Under the pieces are notes generated by a model. It saw only the letters and a list, made by a program, of their open reading frames with translations, had not been told where the DNA came from and searched no databases. Below are positions 38,820 through 43,502 of a DNA stretch of 43,502 nucleotides, piece after piece; the stretch's first letter is position 1; each line of letters starts with the position of its first letter. This stretch comes from Tubiluchus corallicola. Lineage: Eukaryota; Animalia; Priapulida. The stretch is from NCBI GenBank assembly GCA_030141605.1, contig JAQGDQ010001381.1, forward strand, positions 1-43,502. The letters are read 5' to 3'. The position numbers and the translations under genes were made by a program.

Positions 38820-39320
38820 TATAATCTTTATTTGCCATTAAAATACATTGATAATCACTGATAAAAACTTTACAGAGATGATCAATCAGTGTTAGTTAAT
38901 AAAAACTTACACTGCTAAAGGCAAAGGCGTCAGTGCAATCTAAACTACTGTGCAGTAATGGAAAGTAACGACGAATAAAATCAAACGTATTTACAACTAT
39001 GCACAAAAAATGAAAAACTATGATTTAATTAATATGGCCGTGGATATATAAATTCTGAATTAGTGTGTATGTTGTCGTGCTGGTGTGATGGTATTTCATA
39101 TCTGGTTAATATTAGTGATTTTAATTTTGTTTTAAATGCTGATAGGGACTTGATTTGTTTAACCTGTAATAAGTGTAATAACCCCGTAATAAAAATCATT
39201 GATGCTGGTAAAGCTCTTTGCAATTGCTTGTTCTTATGAAATTGACTGACTTTAATTTGATGTTTGAACTCTACACGTACCTTGCACGGGTATTGCGTCA
39301 TTATTCACAAAACACGAGTA
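38820..39320 (-). mobile_element. LINE 3' fragment
   Basis: ORF2-like C-terminus KQIKSLSAFKTKLKSLILTRY, then AATAAA and a (TA)n tail. Confidence 0.65.
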
Positions 39321-39471
39321 CAACATGGTGGCACAAGTGTTCTGTAAACTTGAACTCCCCCCGGGCATGGTCTGTCAACATCTTGTCTGTCAATATCTTG
39401 ATCGCCGTGTCCCAAAGTGTATAAAATTCTTCAGTACTTCAGTGGATACTGGTAATACGTTTCGTAGATCA

Positions 39472-39630
39472 GACGGTTTAGTTTAGTGGCAACGCGTCCC
39501 GCTTTCCGTCTGAGAGGTCGGGAGTTCGATACAACGGTCGGGTCATACCAAAGATTTCGAAAATGTCGCCTGCTGTTGCCCTGCCTCGCGCGTGGCGTTT
39601 AGGGTAAAAGTGGGGTAATAATAGTCTCTG
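39472..39630 (+). mobile_element. tRNA-derived SINE fragment with a Meta-domain-like core
   Basis: A box tagtttagtgg, B box gagttcgatac, then ggtcgggtcataccaaagatttcgaaaatg..cctgctg, resembling the MetaSINE central domain as recalled. Confidence 0.75.
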
Positions 39631-39666
39631 TTGTGTATTTGTAGTCTGTTATTTACAGTCGGTCCA

Positions 39667-40680
39667 AAAGCTTATGCTAATCGAACATCGAAAAAGCCAG
39701 CTTATGTTAATTGTGCATCCAGAAAGCCAGCTTATGTTAATTGTGCATCCAAAAAGCCAGCTTATGTTAATTGTGCATCCAAAAAGCCAGCTTATGGTAA
39801 TTGTTCATCCAAAAAGCCAGCTTATGTTAATTGTGCATCCAAAAAGCCAGCTTATGTTAATTGTGCATCCAGAAAGCCAGCTTATGGTAATTGTTCATCC
39901 AAAAAGCCAGCTTATGTTAATTGTTCATCCAAAAAGCCAGCTTATGTTAGTTGAACATCGAAAAAGCCAGCTTATGTTAATTGAACATCGAAAAAGCCAG
40001 CTTATGTTAATTGTTCATCCAAAAAGCCAGCTTATGTTAATTGTTCATCCAAAAAGCCAGCTTATGTTAATTGTGCATCCAAAAAGCCAGCTTATGGTAA
40101 TTGTTCATCTAAAAAGCCAGCTTATGTTAATTGTTCATCCAAAAAGCCAGCTTATGTTAGTTGAACATCGAAAAAGCCAGCTTATGTTAATTGAACATCG
40201 AAAAAGCCAGCTTATGTTAATTGTTCATCCAAAAAGCCAGCTTATGTTAATTGAACATCGAAAAAGCCAGCTTATGTTAATTGTGCATCCAAAAAGCCAG
40301 CTTATGTTAATTGTTCATCCAAAAAGCCAGCTTATGTTAATTGTGCATCCAAAAAGCCAGCTTATGTTAATTGTGCATCCAAAAAGCCAGCTTATGTTAA
40401 TTGTGCATCCAAAAAGCCAGCTTATGTTAATTGTGCATCCAAAAAGCCAACTTATGTTAATTGTTCATCCAAAAAGCCAGCTTATGTTAATTGTGCATCC
40501 AAAAAGCCAGCTTATGTTAATTGTGCATCCAAAAAGCCAGCTTATGTTAATTGTGCATCCAAAAAGCCAGCTTATGTTAATTGTGCATCCAAAAAGTCAG
40601 CTTATGTTAATTGTGCATCCAAAAAGCCAGCTTATGTTAATTGAACATCCAAAAAGCCAGCTTATGTTAATTGTTCAACC
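39667..40680. repeat. 30-bp minisatellite, ~34 copies
   Basis: Unit aaaaagccagcttatgttaattgtgcatcc. Confidence 0.97.
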
Positions 40681-40706
40681 CAATTGTCAACTTTAAATAA
40701 AGATTA

Positions 40707-40821
40707 CTGTTGTTGTTGTTGCTGTTGCTGCTGCTGCTGCTGCTGCTTTTGCTGTTGCTACTGCTGCTGCTGCTCTCTCTCTCTCTCTCTCTCTCTCTAC
40801 TCTCTCTCTCACTCACTCTCT

Positions 40822-40883
<62 letters not shown>

Positions 40884-41024
40884 ACTCTCACTCTCCCCCC
40901 CTCTCTCTCTCTCTCTCTCTCTACTCTCTCATCTCACTCACTCTCTCTTTTGCTCTCTCTCTCTGTCTCTCTCTCTCTCCCCCTCTCTCTCTCCCTCTCC
41001 TTTCTTCATCTCTCTCTTTCTCTC

Positions 41025-41084
<60 letters not shown>

Positions 41085-41090
41085 TCTCCC
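40707..41090. repeat. (TGT/TGC)n then (CT)n microsatellite
   Basis: Seen directly. Confidence 0.97.
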
Positions 41091-41516
41091 GTACTCATTT
41101 ACTTCAGCCTGGAAGCTGCTCTTGTTTACCATTACTCAGCTGCAAAAACTACAGACGTTCTCATGTGTCAGCAAAGTGTCCCGTGTTTTTGCTTGTTATT
41201 CCGTTTCATGTTTTCCAAATGTCGCAGTGTTTTTTCACAGTGATATCGTTTGGTATATAATCTTTTGCTTTTATCCCTATAAAAAACGAATAACATCTTG
41301 CATTCTATGTACAGTTGTTACTAAATTTGTTACCCTAAAGGCTACCCTTAAGTCATTTTGTTAGTCAGTTTATTAAAGGAAAAATCAATTATTTTCGATG
41401 ATTTTATGTTGATTGTACACGCAAGCTGTGTAGTGTTTCTTAGCGTGTCCATTGATCATAAAAACTCAATTTTTTTGTTCACTAGCAATATGCTCATGCA
41501 TTTATTAAAGGACAAC

Positions 41517-41703
41517 AATCTAATCTAATCTAGTCTAGTCTAGTCTAGTCTAGTCTAGTCTAGTCTAGTCTAGTCTAGTCTAGTCTAGTCTAGTCTAGTC
41601 TAGTCCAGTCCAGTCCAGTCCAGTCCAGTCCAGTCCAGTCCAGTCCAGTCCAGTCCAGTCCAGTCCAGTCCAGTCTAATCTAATCTAATCTAATCTAATC
41701 TAA
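41517..41703. repeat. stepped pentamer microsatellite TAATC>TAGTC>CAGTC>TAATC
   Basis: Seen directly. Confidence 0.97.
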
Positions 41704-41708
41704 GTTTA

Positions 41709-42178
41709 TCTATTCTTATTGTTAACGGTTTAATGTATTACTGTCAGTTTCAGACTCGATAGCAGTAGGTTTATTATTTTAGTCCAAATTCTTTTCATCA
41801 ACTAAATCTTCAAGCTGAGCAATTAGTTGTTCACACGACCAACGTTCTCCTGGCATGCTCTCTTGTTTTGTTAGATGCTCTCTTGTTTGTTTTCTCTGAT
41901 TTTAACTGTTCCTTGCTTGAAAACGTTCGACCAAAACCGGCAGATGTGTCGGCACGCGACTTTCTCGGATTTACTGATCGTAAAATTGGATTTTGTGGTC
42001 GGCGGAAAAGCGAGAAATCAATTTTGTTTGTTGGAATGTTTATGGGAGACGCTGCTGTAAACGGTTTTACACGTTACATGTTGGGCTGGCGTGTAGTTTT
42101 GCTCACAGAACCAAATTGGGTTGAATTTCGAGACAGCTCGTAAACTTTAATTGCCCTTATTAATACTGGAAAAGAGTT

Positions 42179-42234
<56 letters not shown>

Positions 42235-42391
42235 CCACCATCATCATCATGATCATCATCACCATCATCATCAACATCATCATCAGCATCATCATCATCA
42301 TCATCATCATTTTGCTCACAGAACCAAATTGGGGTGAATTCCGGGACAGCTCGTAAACTTTAATTGCCCTTATTAATACTGGAAAAGAGTT

Positions 42392-42432
<41 letters not shown>

Positions 42433-42472
42433 CCACCATCATCATCATGATCATCATCACCATCATCATCAA

Positions 42473-42522
<50 letters not shown>

Positions 42523-42589
42523 CCCCAATTTGGTTTTGTGAGCAAAATGATGATGATGATGATGATGATGCTGATGATGATGATGGTGG

Positions 42590-42639
<50 letters not shown>

Positions 42640-42676
42640 TTGATGATGATGGTGATGATGATCATGATGATGATGG

Positions 42677-42717
<41 letters not shown>

Positions 42718-42916
42718 AACTCTTTTCCAGTATTAATAAGGGCAATTAAAGTTTACGAGCTGTCCCGGAATTCACCCCAATTTGGTTCTGTGAGCAAAAT
42801 GATGATGATGATGATGATGATGCTGATGATGATGATGATGATGGTGATGATGATCATGACGATGATGATGATGATGTTGATGATGATGATGATGATGATG
42901 ATGACGGTGATGATGG

Positions 42917-42947
<31 letters not shown>

Positions 42948-43502
42948 ATATATATATATATCAATTCACTGACAGTTATCACATGCGCTGGGCCAGGAGC
43001 AAATTACCAGGCTGCAAATACATTCCCAGATTAACTCTTTTCCAGTATTAATAAGGGCAATTAAAGTTTACTAGCTGACTCGAAATTCAACCCAATTTGG
43101 TTCTGTGAGCAAAACTACACGCCAGCCCAACATGTAACGTGTAAAACCGTTTACAGCAGCGTCTCCCATAAACATTCCAACAAACAAAATTGATTTCTCG
43201 CTTTTCCGCCGACCACAAAATCCAATTTTACGATCAGTAAATCCGAGAAAGTCGCGTGCCGACACATCTGCCGGTTTTGGTCGAACGTTTTCAAGCAACG
43301 AACAGTTAAAATCAGAGAAAACAAACAAGAGAGCATCTAACAAAACAAGAGAGCATGCCAGGAGAACGTTGGTCGTGTGAACAACTAATTGCTCAGCTTG
43401 AAGATTTAGTTGATGAAAAGAATTTGGACTAAAATAATAAACCTACTGCTATCGAGTCTGAAACTGACAGTAATACATTAAACCGTTAACAATAAGAATA
43501 GA
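41709..43502. repeat. large fold-back inverted repeat (at least 1.8 kb, open at the window end)
   Basis: 41709-42182 is the reverse complement of 43029-43502 with ~3 substitutions seen. 42310-42395 mirrors ~42714-42799. (ATC)n flips to (GAT)n near 42522-42546. Confidence 0.95.

Noticed and set aside
39455-39470. Half hammerhead (gatctacgaaacgta on -) next to the SINE
   Set aside because: No CUGAUGA half was found.
39472-39545. tRNA gene
   Set aside because: No proper cloverleaf, and it continues into a SINE core.
41868-43343. Duplicated 90-aa ORFs on opposite strands
   Set aside because: A consequence of the palindrome, with non-ATG starts and no recognisable homology.

Overview
AT-rich, repeat-dense metazoan (invertebrate-type) nuclear DNA, not prokaryotic. 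Four genes are recognisable. PSMC3/Rpt5 is on the - strand (coding exons 1-2, continuing off the left edge). mRpS16 is on + (two coding exons, about 135 aa). CHID1 is on - with an uninterrupted 419-codon CDS. The first coding exon of a PDE8 phosphodiesterase is on +. The rest is decayed CR1/L2-type LINEs, hAT-type MITEs with 8-bp TSDs, SINEs, about ten minisatellite arrays and many microsatellites. The most unusual items are: (1) a probable composite SINE with a tRNA T-arm, a ~230-bp 28S rRNA segment starting at the R1 target site and a pseudoknot-like tail; (2) a 5S rRNA-headed SINE; (3) a Penelope-type hammerhead ribozyme downstream of a multi-stem + strand RNA fold; (4) an 18x137-bp intronic satellite derived from a LINE 3' hairpin, whose relative sits in the same position in the neighbouring gene; (5) a spacer-less, modular palindrome of at least 1.8 kb at the right end. 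All alignments were done by eye and repeat boundaries are approximate.
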